This document shows, one piece after another, positions 39,134 through 52,900 of a DNA stretch of 64,000 bases (its first letter is position 1; every line of letters starts with the position of its first letter). The notes under the pieces are model-generated. The model was not told the DNA's origin, made no database searches, and was given only the letters and a program-made list of their open reading frames with translations. A program made the position numbers and the translations under genes. Source of the DNA: Haliotis rubra (Eukaryota); assembly GCF_003918875.1 (NCBI RefSeq), contig NW_025764926.1, forward strand, positions 434,001 through 498,000, written 5' to 3'.

Positions 39134-39544
39134 CTGGAAGGATATAACCAAGCAGATGCAATGTGTAGGTAAGTACCCGATGATATACAGTTGAACACTG
39201 TTGTATCGAAGTCAGAGGGACCGAGATAAGTACACACTACAGTTGAACACCGTTGTGTCGAAGTAAGAGGGACCAAGGTAAATACCACTAGTTATCCTAG
39301 TTTCGACTCAAGCTGAAAATGATAAAGATGTAATACGAAGTTGCCAAGCTTTCACTTCGAGACAATCGTAATTTCGACATATCAACGGTATTTGACTGTA
39401 CGTTATCTGTCATGGTATGTCAAGACACTGCCAAATACTCTCAGAAATCTTAAAGTGCCAACGAACCTATTCATATGTACGGAATGTAGATGTCCAAACA
39501 CGAATTTTCCCAAGACTTTAACAGGTGTATAAGAATAACATGTA

Positions 39545-40190
39545 CAGTGAAGCCCCGTTAGTCCGGACTCCGATAATCCGGATGTCTCGTCTCCCGGGCG
39601 ATTTCAGCTTGTTACCAATCTATGCCTATATAATTTGCCTCGATAATCCGGAAATTCGGTTTCCGGAACCGGACGGTAAGTAGCTGTCACCAATCAGTAA
39701 AATAAACAGTAAATTGCTTCACAGTCCGGACGCTGTAAGTCGTGTTGACGAACCGTAACAACACCGCCCGGCGATGTTTACTTAAATAACTGGCCAACTG
39801 GGTTGTTGTTTTAATTAGACATAAAAAAGCTCCCGACTGAAGATACTGTACATTTACACTTTGATTGACACCACAATACAAAGGCGTGGATGACAAGTGA
39901 GCTGTTTTGTGATTGGTTAATGTACTTTGACAGACAGATCCGGTCACGTGGACTAAAAGTGATTTTGCTTTACGACAATGCTGCAAGTCGAAAGTGTGCT
40001 TCGCTAACTTTGCGAAATGTGACCAAATACCACGTCTCATATTCAACCGATGGATGCAGGAATAATTCGGACATTCAAGGCATACTACAATAGATCGCTT
40101 GTTAGACATTACCTCACCTGTGCTGAGGCAGGACGTGATCAGACACGTCGGATCAACATGCGGATGTCACTCGGTAAAATTATTGATGTG
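39545..40190 (+). mobile_element. Truncated pogo/Tigger-like element
   Basis: TA|CAGTGAAGCCCCGTTAGTCCGGAC left end. DDE_1 remnants AWMTSELFCDWL...KVILLYDNA and QPMDAGIIRTFKAYY. No right TIR found. Confidence 0.8.
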
Positions 40191-41074
40191 ATGAATTAAG
40201 CTTTACATTAGATGAATTAAGCTTTACATGTATACTTGTATGAATAATGGGTCATTTAGCCTTGAAAACAATGAAGATGATGATGATGATGATTATTATT
40301 TTGTTTTTTTCTGTGTTCCCACTTCTTTCAAGCTCATATATGTCGCTAGGAAAATACCGTTGCAATCTCTTGGACGCTCGACCTCTTTGTCGCTGTATTA
40401 ACGTCTGGTAATTCTAATGCGCCTATGCATATCTTTCTGTATTTTTTGTATGAATAATGGGTCATTTAGCCTTGAAAACAAAGATGATGATGATGATGAT
40501 ATGCTGCTGTTGAGGATGACGATTTTGCTTTGCTTTTTCTGTTTTCCCTCTTCTCTCAAGCTCATATATGTAGCTAGGAAAATATCTTTGTCGCTGTATT
40601 AATGGCTTGTTTCAAAGCTTTCTCAGGTGGTGTATGCATATGAAATGTATGGCGCAGTTGAATCAAGCGTAATCATGTGGATACCACGTGACGACGTCAC
40701 TTCATTATCAGTTGGCGATAGCACAAGTGTTGTTTATTACAGGTATAGATTTTATCAAACGAGTCATTTTAAAATATCATATGCATAACATTTTAGAAAG
40801 TTGCGACATAAACCGTTTGATCTTTAATTTAATTCCACTAATACACAAATTATCTTTTACGATGCGAATATCTCTGTGTCCTGACAGAGGTGACTAGGAG
40901 AGATCGAATACAAACAAACACAGTCATACATTGAGTGTGGTTTTGTTAGTTCTGTGTGTGGCCATGGAGTGTAAATGAGTGTGTCATTCTGTGTCTGTGT
41001 CATGGTATGACGTATCAGCTGTGTACGCCTGTGTGATTATTACTGTCACACCGAGAGTGTCTGCAACAACCTAC

Positions 41075-41172
41075 CTCGACCAAGCTGTCCCTGTCACCTG
41101 ACTACCAGGGTGTGTGACAGAAAGAGTTGCCTCCCTTCCAGTAGAATGCGGAAGGAAACTGATAACGTGAAA
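41075..41172 (-). promoter_or_regulatory. Predicted 5' non-coding exon and upstream conserved motif of TRIM copy 3
   Basis: Donor GAG|GTAGGT at 41075/41074 is conserved in copies 1 (15956) and 2 (27666). The RING-exon ATG directly follows TTCCAG, implying an upstream UTR exon. The motif GGAAACTGATAA(A/C)GTGAA is conserved at 41154, 27813 and 16401. Confidence 0.5.
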
Positions 41173-42261
41173 TCGCCGACTGAGTTGATATAGACAATAC
41201 GTATGTCATGTCTGTCCATTTCGCGAAACACCTGGTGTCATCACTAATTTCATCAATTCATAAAAAGGTTCACAGCTGTTGTTCCTTCACAGAAAATGGT
41301 GTGATGGTAAAACCACTTATATCCTCACTTAAAAATATATATAATTAAATGTGTACCGAAATGACAAATGGCACAAAAACAGTTTTTCCTCCTTTGAGCT
41401 CAGTAAGTCTTTTAATAGGTATGTGTCTTACACATGCAAAACAAAGGTAACATGATTTAGTTACAGAGAAGGATTCAATATCTGGCAATTATTTACTACT
41501 GGCGAGCCCAGTGTACTGTTTTCTGGGCAGTGTTAAGCCTTTACATACAAATGAAACTATAGTTCGTACAAAGCCCAGCGGGTCAAATCCATATCAAATT
41601 TAACTGGAAATTGTTATCTTGTAAAACACATGTAGCATCGTTTTTCTACAGAGTCTTAGCTTTTAGTAGCACAATGTCGTAAGAGCTAAAGATGAGTCCA
41701 CTTGCACAGTTAACAGATTGATTTAACTGATAAAGCTTGTGAACTATGGACCAGTGGCAGATAGCACGGGCATCAACCAACCGGGGCACGATGACCCACA
41801 TTCAATCTTGGAACACACATTGTAACTACACGCGATTCAGGCATTAACTGGAGGTGACCTATGTGTATGCTGCTCCTGAATCTTAACTCTCATAGTTCCA
41901 TTCAAAACACCCAACAGATTCCATCTGAGTCCACCTATATGCCTATTTGCATTATTATCTATACTGAAAATAACCCCTGTCTAATTCATTCACGAGACAG
42001 AAATACGTGTTCAACATGAAGCAGGCAGTCAGTTCTCTCATATTGTACATGAACGTGAATTATGACTCCAGTATCTACCAAAACAATGTCGCTGATGAAG
42101 CTCACAGATGGATACGTTGACAGTCAAAATGGCAGCGATGACGTTACCATTTTCACTCATTTTCACACAGAAGTGCATACAGTTAAATATCTTTCTTCAA
42201 TGGGTCTTGACAGTTCGTGAATTGTCATCTACTTTAACTGGGAAAACAATATGTCAGATAT

Positions 42262-42650
42262 AGGGACGTGGTGGACGAGCTGTCTAAGGCGCTGGGTTAG
42301 TGAACAAGCGAGCTCGAGGTGCCGGGATCGAGCCTACCTGTGACCGGGTGTAAAAACCTTGGAGTCAACTCTTTCAGTGTTGTCACAACCCCTAGTGTAC
42401 AGTACACAACCCAGTGCACTTTAAAAAAACCACGAATCCGATGGTAAATGACCAGATGGCGGTCACATGTATTTGCAAACACCTAGTTGCGGGTACAGCA
42501 ACGTGCAGTAAACTTAGACAAAGTACTGTTACTATGTGTGCCAGTCCACCTAGCTGTGAATGGATACCATCGTAAGGATGGGAAAACCATATTAACTCGG
42601 TGTGCCTAGTGGCTGCAAGAGTTGTAAAATCCCAAGGGATCTGATACAAT
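42262..42650 (+). mobile_element. SINE family D (tRNA head plus CORE-like domain)
   Basis: Head TGGACGAGCTGTCTAAGGCGCTG...GGGATCGAGCC; CORE-like segment TGCCAGTCCACCTAGCTGTGAATGGATACC. Second copy at 24330-24790. Confidence 0.65.
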
Positions 42651-43009
42651 GATTATACTATAATTATATATAATATTATATGTGCCGTTTGGTATCATTT
42701 CAAAGATTTCAAAGAGCGTCTCGACACTTTCTCAGAGGCTGTTTGATCAAGGTTACAATATTCAGTTCCTCACTTAAGCTTTGAAGCGTTGAATGGTAGA
42801 GAGGGGGATGAGTGTCACTTGCTGAATTATACTCTTAAAATGGTTGGGGACTTCATCTTTAATTTACGATTGAAAAAAATGGGAGATTTATCGGAATCAA
42901 TCAATGGTATATATATCGGAGTCAATAAAAAATGTTGATATGATAATAATGAACGTTTTGAGAGTGCATCACCACTTCCTTATGACCATAGTTTTTTGTT
43001 CAGTAAGCG

Positions 43010-43117
43010 CTCTTGATCGATGATTGGCTCTTGATCGATGATTGGCTCTTGATCGATGATTGGCTCTTCATCGATGATTGGTTCTTGATCGATGATTGGC
43101 TCTTGATCGATGATTGG
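43010..43117. repeat. 18-bp tandem repeat (CTCTTGATCGATGATTGG) x6
   Basis: Directly visible; followed by a poly-A run at about 43158-43189. Confidence 0.95.
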
Positions 43118-43985
43118 TGCAAGACGTGAAACTTGCATGTGTATGGTTTTCCTTTAGAAAAAAAAAAAAAAAGAAAAAAGAAAAAAAAACCAAACGCCTA
43201 GAATGAAACATTAAACACTGTGTGATGCAAGTTGATTGTCAAAATTAATGGTCTACAGTGATTTATCGACCCTCTTGAAAACCGTCAAAATCAAGAATGA
43301 CACCCCATGCAGGTGTATGGGGCTACTGCGTTGTGTACGTGCATGCCATGCGTTGTGTTAGGGGTGCTGATCAGGGAGCTTATACTTCCTATCCAAATTG
43401 AAAGTTCAGGTTCCCCTATTTTTTATATGTCAACAAGTATTTTTTCAATGATAAAAATGAAAGGCGTTGCATTCATAATGTACATAGCGCCCTGATAGAA
43501 CAGTGATTGCCAAGTTGTTATCACATGACCCGTTTGCGTCACGTGGACCATCTACTATCCAGTATCGTCTTTATGCAACCAAAGCCTCGCTCTCAAACCG
43601 GAACTGGGGAAGTGTTGTAAAGGTCCATGAGAACACCATGATGGACAAGGCATAAAACTGTTTATTTGAAAACACAGCCTCAATTTGAAGATAAAGTAAA
43701 AGTTATTACAATAACAATGGTGAGAACTACTTAGCCTTTGGTGATTTTATAATCAGTTGTGTAATTCCGGTTTCAACAATGCTGAAATCCATTTTCATTT
43801 CCAACATAGGGGATTACAAATATCATGTGACGTATTCATATCAAAAGCAAGAAACAAAAAGACAATATTTCCTTCACTGAATCATGATTCTTTTCCAGAA
43901 AGTATAATCTAAACTCTATGTAAATATATATCGAAGAATGCTGTAGTAACTGTGTGTCGGATGACGAACGGAAAGCAAGCACAGT

Positions 43986-46900
43986 CTACAGTTTCGCCTC
44001 AACACCACTCCATAAGGAAAACGTTGGTTTGAAGGTGGGGTCCTGGATGGCGTCTCTGGTGATGTTGAACTGACTGATGTCATACTGGGTTCGGCCGTCA
44101 ACGGCGAGTTCGCTTAGGATCTTACCAAGCAGACTTGCAAATCTGAAAAAAACAAACGAACAGCCAGTTATAAACTGAGGAACAGAATTAACAATACCTG
44201 TCAGTATCATCTGTTTGATTTTCAAAAAATATCTTATGTTACAGACATTGAACCATTTTGTAATTACAAAATCATTCTATCCTTTAGAAATTTAGACATA
44301 CATGTGTGGATCTTGGGACCGATTCAAAGGTTCGAAAAAGAGATATGTAAAATCTGGAGTTCGGCTGTCAAATCTATATGTAGATAAATAGCAAGACGGT
44401 CGGAAAATGGGTTCCAAATATATGGACATTCGAGAAAACATGGTCCGACTGTATTAAACTTTTGTGGATAATACAAAAGATATGCTGAATAATCCAACAC
44501 ACTTATTCATTAAAATATGAACATTTTACCACCATTACATATGTATCACTGTAATTATCATGTATATGAGCCCGAGCCTCTACCCAACCCCCACGCACCA
44601 CACGGGCATGTATTGACAATAACAGTTCGTCTAAAATCTCAAACTGAAATAAACGAAAAGATTACTGAAACGATTGATTGCATGTCCAAGGTTTTCATTT
44701 ATGGAAAAATTGAATTGAGGACATGATTCAATTCAGTCTGATTCAACCAATATTATGTCGCTATAGCTTATGTAATTTATATAAGGAGTCAGACATCACT
44801 CGCTCGGCAAATAGTGTTGCATAGGAAATGACATGTGCCTACACTGAAGTATGAACGCAAGTTTCAGTAGAGAGTTACATATAACATGACGTCATTCACA
44901 TAGTCGGTGGCTCTTGGTCGTATTGTCACAAAGGTAACAAATACATTGGTCACATTGGTGACTTTACCTACACATCACAGAGGACAAACAATCAGTGATC
45001 CTAATCTGAATGATTTGCTGAATAAACATATATTCTTGTCTGATTCAGCTGCTAGCATTACATTATTGTCTCCAACCTGTTAATCATAGTTCAATGTATA
45101 TATAAGTAATAAACTGTGTAGTATTTCCACAATATTTACACGTTTTTCACTCATGTATGAGATGCACACGTTTCAAATTCCAACACATTGTATGATGTAT
45201 ATATCCTGTACATCAATACTGTATATGTATAGGTATTTCCACAATGTCAAGCTTCCATTACACGTTTTTCATTCTCATTATGCAATATTATGCTTAACTG
45301 TATTTAAATCCCTTTGTCTTTTGGACAATAAAACATGTTTAAAACAAAACATCATACAGAACAGGCATTACGTACAGAATGTGCCTGAATATAATCCTAA
45401 ATACTGTCACTACCCCTGAAGGAAATGCATTCCAAGGAGTGCTCACTTGTACGCATGTCCAGCTCCACAACAAACGATGACGTCAGACCAGCCCTTGTAT
45501 GCGCATGTGTCGACCAGGAAGTCTCTGTCCGGGGGGATGGTGTACAGGCAGGTTTTGGTCTGGAGAATTGGTCCCAGAAACTGTAAACACGAAGTACAAA
45601 TCAGGATGTAAATTAATGTTCAGGCGTAGAGTTACCGCTTGAAGACGCGAAGTGTCACAGAATCAATGTGAAACAGGCATGACACTGGATACACTCAACG
45701 GTCATTGTGTAAAGTTTTCACTTTAGGATACAAGCTCTTAAGTTACAGGGGCGATGGGGTAGGCTGGTGGTTAAAGCGTTTGCACGTCACGCCGAAGACC
45801 AGGGTTCGATTCCCCACATGGGTACAATGTGTGAAGCCCATTTCTGGTGTCCCTCACTCACTCACTCTCTCTTAAGTTACAGGAACAATAACAGTAAATC
45901 TGACTGAGAAAAGTTCAGGCAAGAAATAGATAACATTTCCAATGGCATCTGTATCAACTGTATGAATATCAGAACGAGATAAGTGTACATAGCCTAACAT
46001 ACGCCATATAGACTGAGAAAACACCCCTTTTAGATAAACATCTCGGAATACGATCACCTAATTGATTCGGTAGTTTAAACGACGGGGTGCTGAAACGAGG
46101 GATTTTTAAACAATCGCCTAGCAAACTTATTTCTTGTATTTCAAAAAACAGAATTGATCTCCAGCAACCAATATGAGTGGCAGGCGACAACTATTGAGAT
46201 CAGGTGGTCAGACTGGCTGACTTGACTGTCCCAAGTGCGTATATCAATGCTTAATCACTGGGTTGTCTAATCCAGACTCAAATATTTACAGAGAGCTGGC
46301 ATTTCGCTAAGTATTACGTTATAGAACAAAAAAGCAAAACACACAACAACAACAACAACAACAAAAAAGAAACAACACAAAATATAACGAATGCCGTTTT
46401 TACATAATTGATTCCTTTCCAAGTTCAACCTTAAAGTTGGTTGTGTATTCTTTTATCTTTATTCAGGCACAATCTCTTTTTAACGGCTATTCTTCATAAA
46501 CATTGTTTCATGTTCTTAATGGCTTATAATTAATGTACATTTCACCGAAGGCCCTCCACCTACCTTGGGACAAATCTCCTGCAGGAGCTCAGTACAGACC
46601 CGCTCTCGAGCAGGTTCCGGTTCAAAGGTCCTCGTGTCGGCGGTGACAACGTTACCTCCAACGTCGATCCCGATCTTCGTCCCCGTGTTGCCGTGGATGG
46701 GGAGGGCGTAGAAGTCGTACTGTGGGCAGTGAAAAATCCAGATGGGGAACCTATCAAAAGAAAGATTTTGAGGGTTTCAATTTGTAATCAAGTTTTAACA
46801 TAGTAATGATGAGCATGAAAACATTGTTAACATCATTGACGGTGCCAATATGTACGTATGTACGTATGTGTGTTTGTCCCGACCCACAAAGTGTCCGAAG

Positions 46901-49900
46901 CGTTACAAACTATCGTTACTATATAGTGTATTATAGGATTACGACTGACTGACTGAGTTTGGTTTTACGCCGCTTTATGCAATATTCCTGCAATATCACG
47001 GCGGGGGACACCAGAAATGGGCTTCACTCATTGTACCCATGTGGGGATTCGAACCCGGGTCTCCGGCGTGACGAGCCAACGCTTTAACCACTAGACTACC
47101 CCACCGCCCCATAGGATTTCGAATGACGTAGTGCTATGAACGTTTCGCAGATCGGGCCCTGCTGAGTAACTGTTTATGGAACCATATGGTACAAGTCAAA
47201 ACAGGGTATTTCGTTGCACATTATTGAGCGTAAAAATATAAATGTCCACCATAACACCTTTTGATGGTTATACATTGGCCTTGAATTTCTTGAATGTACA
47301 AATTGTTGTAAACTCTCTGAAGTTTGTGTAGGAAGACCGTGTTTGGGTGTGGCTTAAATGATAAAATGTGACCACGAAACACTGAATACTGCTTGACATA
47401 AAGGGGAAGCTGGAGTCGCCCTTCACCAACAGTCGTGTAGTTTATTTGAATGCTTCTGCACACCTCTACGTATGAAGCATAGAGGTTTCATTGGTTTCTA
47501 ATCCATGTTAAGTCGAGGTGGAGAAATCAGTGGAATTGAACTGGCTGTGTTACCGGTATTAAACAATGTCTGACCATTGATAGAAGAGACGGTTTTTTGT
47601 TATCTTCAGACATCATGTGCTCACTTTTTCTCGGTGAACTCCTTCATGTGCGGCGTGGCGTAGTACGTCACCTGCTCCTGTGTGACGGTGACGGGGACGT
47701 GGACGCCGATCGTCCCCAGAACCGAGTTGAGCCAACCGCCTGCCGTCACCACCACCTTCCGGCACTCGAACACGCCCTTCGTTGTGTGAACCTGCGTTAC
47801 GATTAAGTATTTACTTAGCAGTCTTACACAAAAGCTGATGTATTTACTTGTTCAACAAATAAATAGCTAACGTTATCCACCTATATCTGTCAGAATGGGT
47901 GATTGAAATTGTGTTCTTTAGAGGCTGTAGTGTAATGTGCCTGCAATGATATACGCAACCCTGAGTGAGTGAATTTAGTTTCACGGCGCTTTTAGCAATA
48001 TTCCAGCAACATCACGTCGGGGGAACATCAGAAATGGGCTTCACTCATTGTAGCCATGTGGGGAATCGAACGCGAACGCTTTAACCACTGGGCTACCTCG
48101 CCGTCCCCAATATTCGCAAAGAGATAATGATACAAGTGGTCCCTTGAGGTCAGTTACGGATCGCATATGAAGATTATTTCTCATATCCTTCAAGATCAGT
48201 ACATGCAATGCCATTGCCCTGTTCAAGTTCAGTGAAATATGTATTTCCGCACTACACAATGGCTTATGTCCGAACAGTGACGCTGATGTTGAACGTGTAA
48301 AGCACGTACAATGACGTTGATGTAAAGTACGTATAATGACGTTGATGCTGGTGATGTAAAGTACGTGCAATGACGTTGATGCTGGTGATGTAAAGTACGT
48401 ACAATGACGTTGATGTTGGTGATGTAAAGTACGTACAATCACGTTTTGGTTGGTGATGTAAAGTACGTACAATGACGTTGCCGTTGTTGGCCCTAGTCAG
48501 CCTGGTAGCGGGACAGTTCTCCAGGATTGTAGCCCCGTTACCCCTGGCCAGCTGAATGTGGACAGCGTTCCCCATGGCCGCGTCCACAAGGCCCGCCTGT
48601 TCCTGGTACAAGGCCACGACATCTGGACCCACTGTGAACTGGGGGTAGCGGGCCATCAGCTGCTGGTTTGACAGCCTGTCATATCTGATGAGAAAATGTC
48701 ATGAATATAAAGCTATCAGTTTGTATATACGGTGTGCTTAAGAGTTTCGCTCGCTGGCTTCCTTTAAAAAGAAATCTAGAATCACCTACAATCAGAACCA
48801 GTTTGTTACGACATCCGCTTCACTGTACAACCTACCTGATTTTGTTCCTGTCCATTTCTACAGCATACGCCTCCAAACGTGCGTCACTCTGTCCCTTCCT
48901 GGCCAGCCTCAGACCCCCGGTCATCCATACAACCTGCAGGCCGGACTCGCGCTCTATCTGTTCCCATCTATACACGAACAAAATAAATATATATTACATG
49001 ATGCTAAAAGTAGCCACCGAAAGTTCACTGCAAGACCTGCTTTTCTGTTAACTATAACTTACACATGTGCACAACTGTTGATGTACCGCTCTAAAAGTAA
49101 TAACAACTACCTTGCTAAAGTGTTTCTTGTTAATATAAATATACTCACCAAGAAATAAAGATCGCTGTTATTTGGGGAGATATGTCTATGAAATTATGTG
49201 ACTTCATTTCCCCCAAAATATCAAAAAAATATTCAAGTTGCTTTACTTTTTGCGTTCAGTATATGTATGGTACTCAGTTTCGATCAGTTTGATCATAAAA
49301 GGTAAATTAAAATGATCTAAACAGGGGCAACTAAAGTATAAACCCATGTTGAATGGTTGCTTATTAAAACACCCGTGAAGATCCGGGTAAGAATTAGCCT
49401 TCAATAACTCTGAAAGAAGCGACTAACGGGATCGGGTGGTTAGGCTCGCTGACTTGGTTGACACATGTCATCGTATCCCAATTGCGTAGATCGATGCTCA
49501 TGATGTTGATCACTAGATTGCCTGGTCCAGACTCGATTATTTACAGACCGCCGTCATATAGCTGGAATATTGCTGAGTGTGGCGTTAAACAACAAACAAA
49601 CCATCTTATTTAAAACAAACAAGGCGATGTTTGATACTGGTGTCATAATTGTGTTTCTGGGACATAAGTTTGCACTCACCCACTCACTCACTCACTCAAC
49701 GCACTGTCACTTACGCCTTGAAGGTGTCGGGGACGAGTTTGGTGTAGCGGTCATCATGGTGCGTCAGGCGACTGTAACACAACAGCGAACTGTACATATA
49801 TTACAGATGTTCCTTGAAACCCGGAAGTGAAGTGGATACCTATGTCACTTCCGGTTTCGTTGATGTATATTTATATGACCTGTCGACGATGATATGACGT

Positions 49901-52900
49901 GGTACAGTAAAGATACGTCTGCGTATATTGTCAGAAAAAATATGTCACTAATCAAAAACATAGTCAAAACCTTTCAGCCGGTGTGTCAGGATTAAATCAC
50001 TCCCCTCAATTTCACTCTGGAAGAAACTTCATGGAACTCATCCACAAAAATGTTTACTTTAATAATGACAACAATGAGAATTAGTCGAGGATTTCTTCCT
50101 TCCACGATGACTGAGGTTTGACACCACTGGTCTATAAGTGTACGTTTGTCATGTAATCTTTCTTGTTGTCATAGTGGCTGGTCTATCATTCTGTCAAACA
50201 AACAGTGTACGTTTGTCATGTAATCTGTCTTGTAACCATAGTGACTGGTTTAGCATAGTCTCAAAAAGCAGTGTACGTTTGTCATGTAATCTTTCTTGTA
50301 ACCATAGTGACTGGTCTAGCATATTCTCAAACAAACAGTGTACGTTTGTCATGTAATCTTTCTTGTAACCATAGTGACTGGTCTAGCATATTCTCAAACA
50401 AGCTGTGTACGTTTGTCATGTAATCTTTCTTGTAACCATAGTGACTGGTCTAGCATATTCTCAAACAAACAGTGTACGTTTGTCATGTATTCTGTCTTGT
50501 AACCATATTGACTGGTTTAGCATATTCTCAAAAATGCAGTGTACGTTTGTCATGTAATCTTTCTTGTAACCATAGTGACTGGTCTAGCATATTCTCAAAC
50601 AAACAGTGTACGTTTGTCATGTAATCTTTCTTGTAACCATAGTGACTGGTCTAGCATATTCTCAAACAAACAGTGTACGTTTGTCATGTAATCTTTCTTG
50701 TAACCATATTGACTGGTTTAGCATATTCTCAAACAAGTGTACGTTTGTCATGTAATCTTTCTTGTAACCATAGTGACTGGTCTAGCATATTCTCAAACAA
50801 ACAGTGTACGTTTGTCATGTATTCTGTCTTGTAACCATATTGACTGGTTTAGCATATTCTCAAAAAGGCAGCGTACGTTTGTCATGTAATCTTTTCTTTT
50901 ATCTACTGGTCTGGCATATTGTCACAAAGGCGGCGAACGTTTGTCATGTTAGTGCTTCTCGACAACTCGGTCTAGCAAATCATCAAATTAGCAGTGTACA
51001 CGAATACACAATGTCATTTAGAAAGTGGTCAAATGTAACATATGTTATATTTAGGATTACTCTTTCTCAGTACAGTACAGGCTATATTACTTTCATCCGG
51101 GATTCGAACCCACACTCTGAGAGGGAGGCACCTAATTGCCCGTACATTAGTCAGCAATCTAAGCCACTTAGCCACCGTGACTCCCTCAAAAATGGAAGCC
51201 TGGCAGCTGGTAGCCTTGATCACTGTGTATCCCTCTGGCATATGTAAAGTGGATATCCCAATCAGTCGAGGGGCGGTGGGCTAGCCTAGTGGTTAAAGCG
51301 TTCACTCATCACGCCGAAGGTCCGGGTTCGATTCCCTACAAGGGTACAATGTGTGAAGCCCATTTCTGGTGTCCCCTGGTGATCTGGCTGGAATATTGCT
51401 AAAAGCGGCGTAAAACTTAACTCACTCACTCACTCAACCAACCAAACAGTCGAAAACTATGAATACACAATGTCTTTTAGAAAGTGGTAAAATGTATCAT
51501 GTTATTTTGGGATTACACTTTCTCAGGAAAGAATCAGATTCTAGAACCCAACCATCAACGAAAACCACTGAGAACGTGTTATCCCAAATAAAACATGTGT
51601 TAGCTAACGATGTACATGTTTCAGATTATAATTTCTTGTCACCATCAGTCTAGCATAGTGTCAAACTTGCAGTGTACATGGTTCATGCTCTGTGTTGTAA
51701 TCATCGGTCTTCGGCCTGACATATTATCAAACTGACAGTGTGTATGATTCGTAATGTTTTTCTTGTGCACATGGGCCATTTTATGTGTTCGTTCTTGATA
51801 CCACGATCCACCATACTATCAGACTAACAGTGTAGCAGTAACACATGATAACACTGAGGAGCATGAAAGTATTATCTATGTAAATTCAGTTATTGGTTAA
51901 CGCTAAACTGACATGATCCTTGATACATCTTGTGAGCCTCCTCGTTCATGACCGAGAGAAAACTGCTCGAGACCAAGGACTGAAATATAAAATACATTGC
52001 CTTAATATAGGGGTGAAACGGTACGCTCTTACCACGGTACGGTACGTATTGCGGTACAAGGCCTTCGGTTCGGTCAGTTTCGCTTCGGTATATGAGATAT
52101 GATCATAACGCAGAAAAATTGACAACAAGAGCCAAACCTAGATAGATTTTGACAAAATGATTCGATTTCTTGACACTTTAGAAACGGTTTAAAAAGGTTT
52201 ATAAAATGATGATACGAAAACCGAAAATACCGATATTTTTGTATTGCATTACGGTATACCGAACTAAAGGCAAAATACCGCTGTTCTACTATTACCGCGG
52301 TATACCGTTTCACCCCACCTTAATATATAAAGATAGTGAGCAAGTGACCTTTTTCTGCTGACTCATGTTGTTTTGTCTTTCGTTTTTCCTTCGAAATTTT
52401 CCCTATCTTTCCAGAAAAAGAAACACCCAAGAAATATTAATGCAAACAGCGGTGAAGGTTTCACTGCCTTATCTCTAGTTACCAGCAAGGTTTCCATGTT
52501 CATGGAACAGATTTGTACTACCTCACTACAGTGAGTAGTGTCTTGCACTCTTTAACTCTTAAACTCTAAGAGTTTAAATTATTTGAGGAGAGACAAATAT
52601 TCTGAGGATTAGATACTTTTTTACTGATTTTACTCTGCAAACCGTAGTGAGAATAACGCAAACTGATAGAAAGTAAGAAAGTAGTCCCGTCATCAAGAGG
52701 TAAATATATGTCGGATTGTATGTGAAAAGAACGGAGCACATGTATGGTGCAGCTGTAGTATTTCAGCTACAGCTACAGTATTTCAGCTATATCGTGGCGT
52801 GACAGATTGTATAGAGAAAACTCCGAGGTATATTTGACAGAAATTAGCCCTGAGACTTTTCAGAACCTGTGGTAATCTGGACTTGCCACATATACTACTC

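Noticed and set aside
51060-51185. tRNA-like sequences with A/B boxes (also 9895-9960 and the heads of SINE families A, C and D)
   Set aside because: No complete cloverleaf or acceptor stem; they continue into SINE bodies, so they are not tRNA genes.
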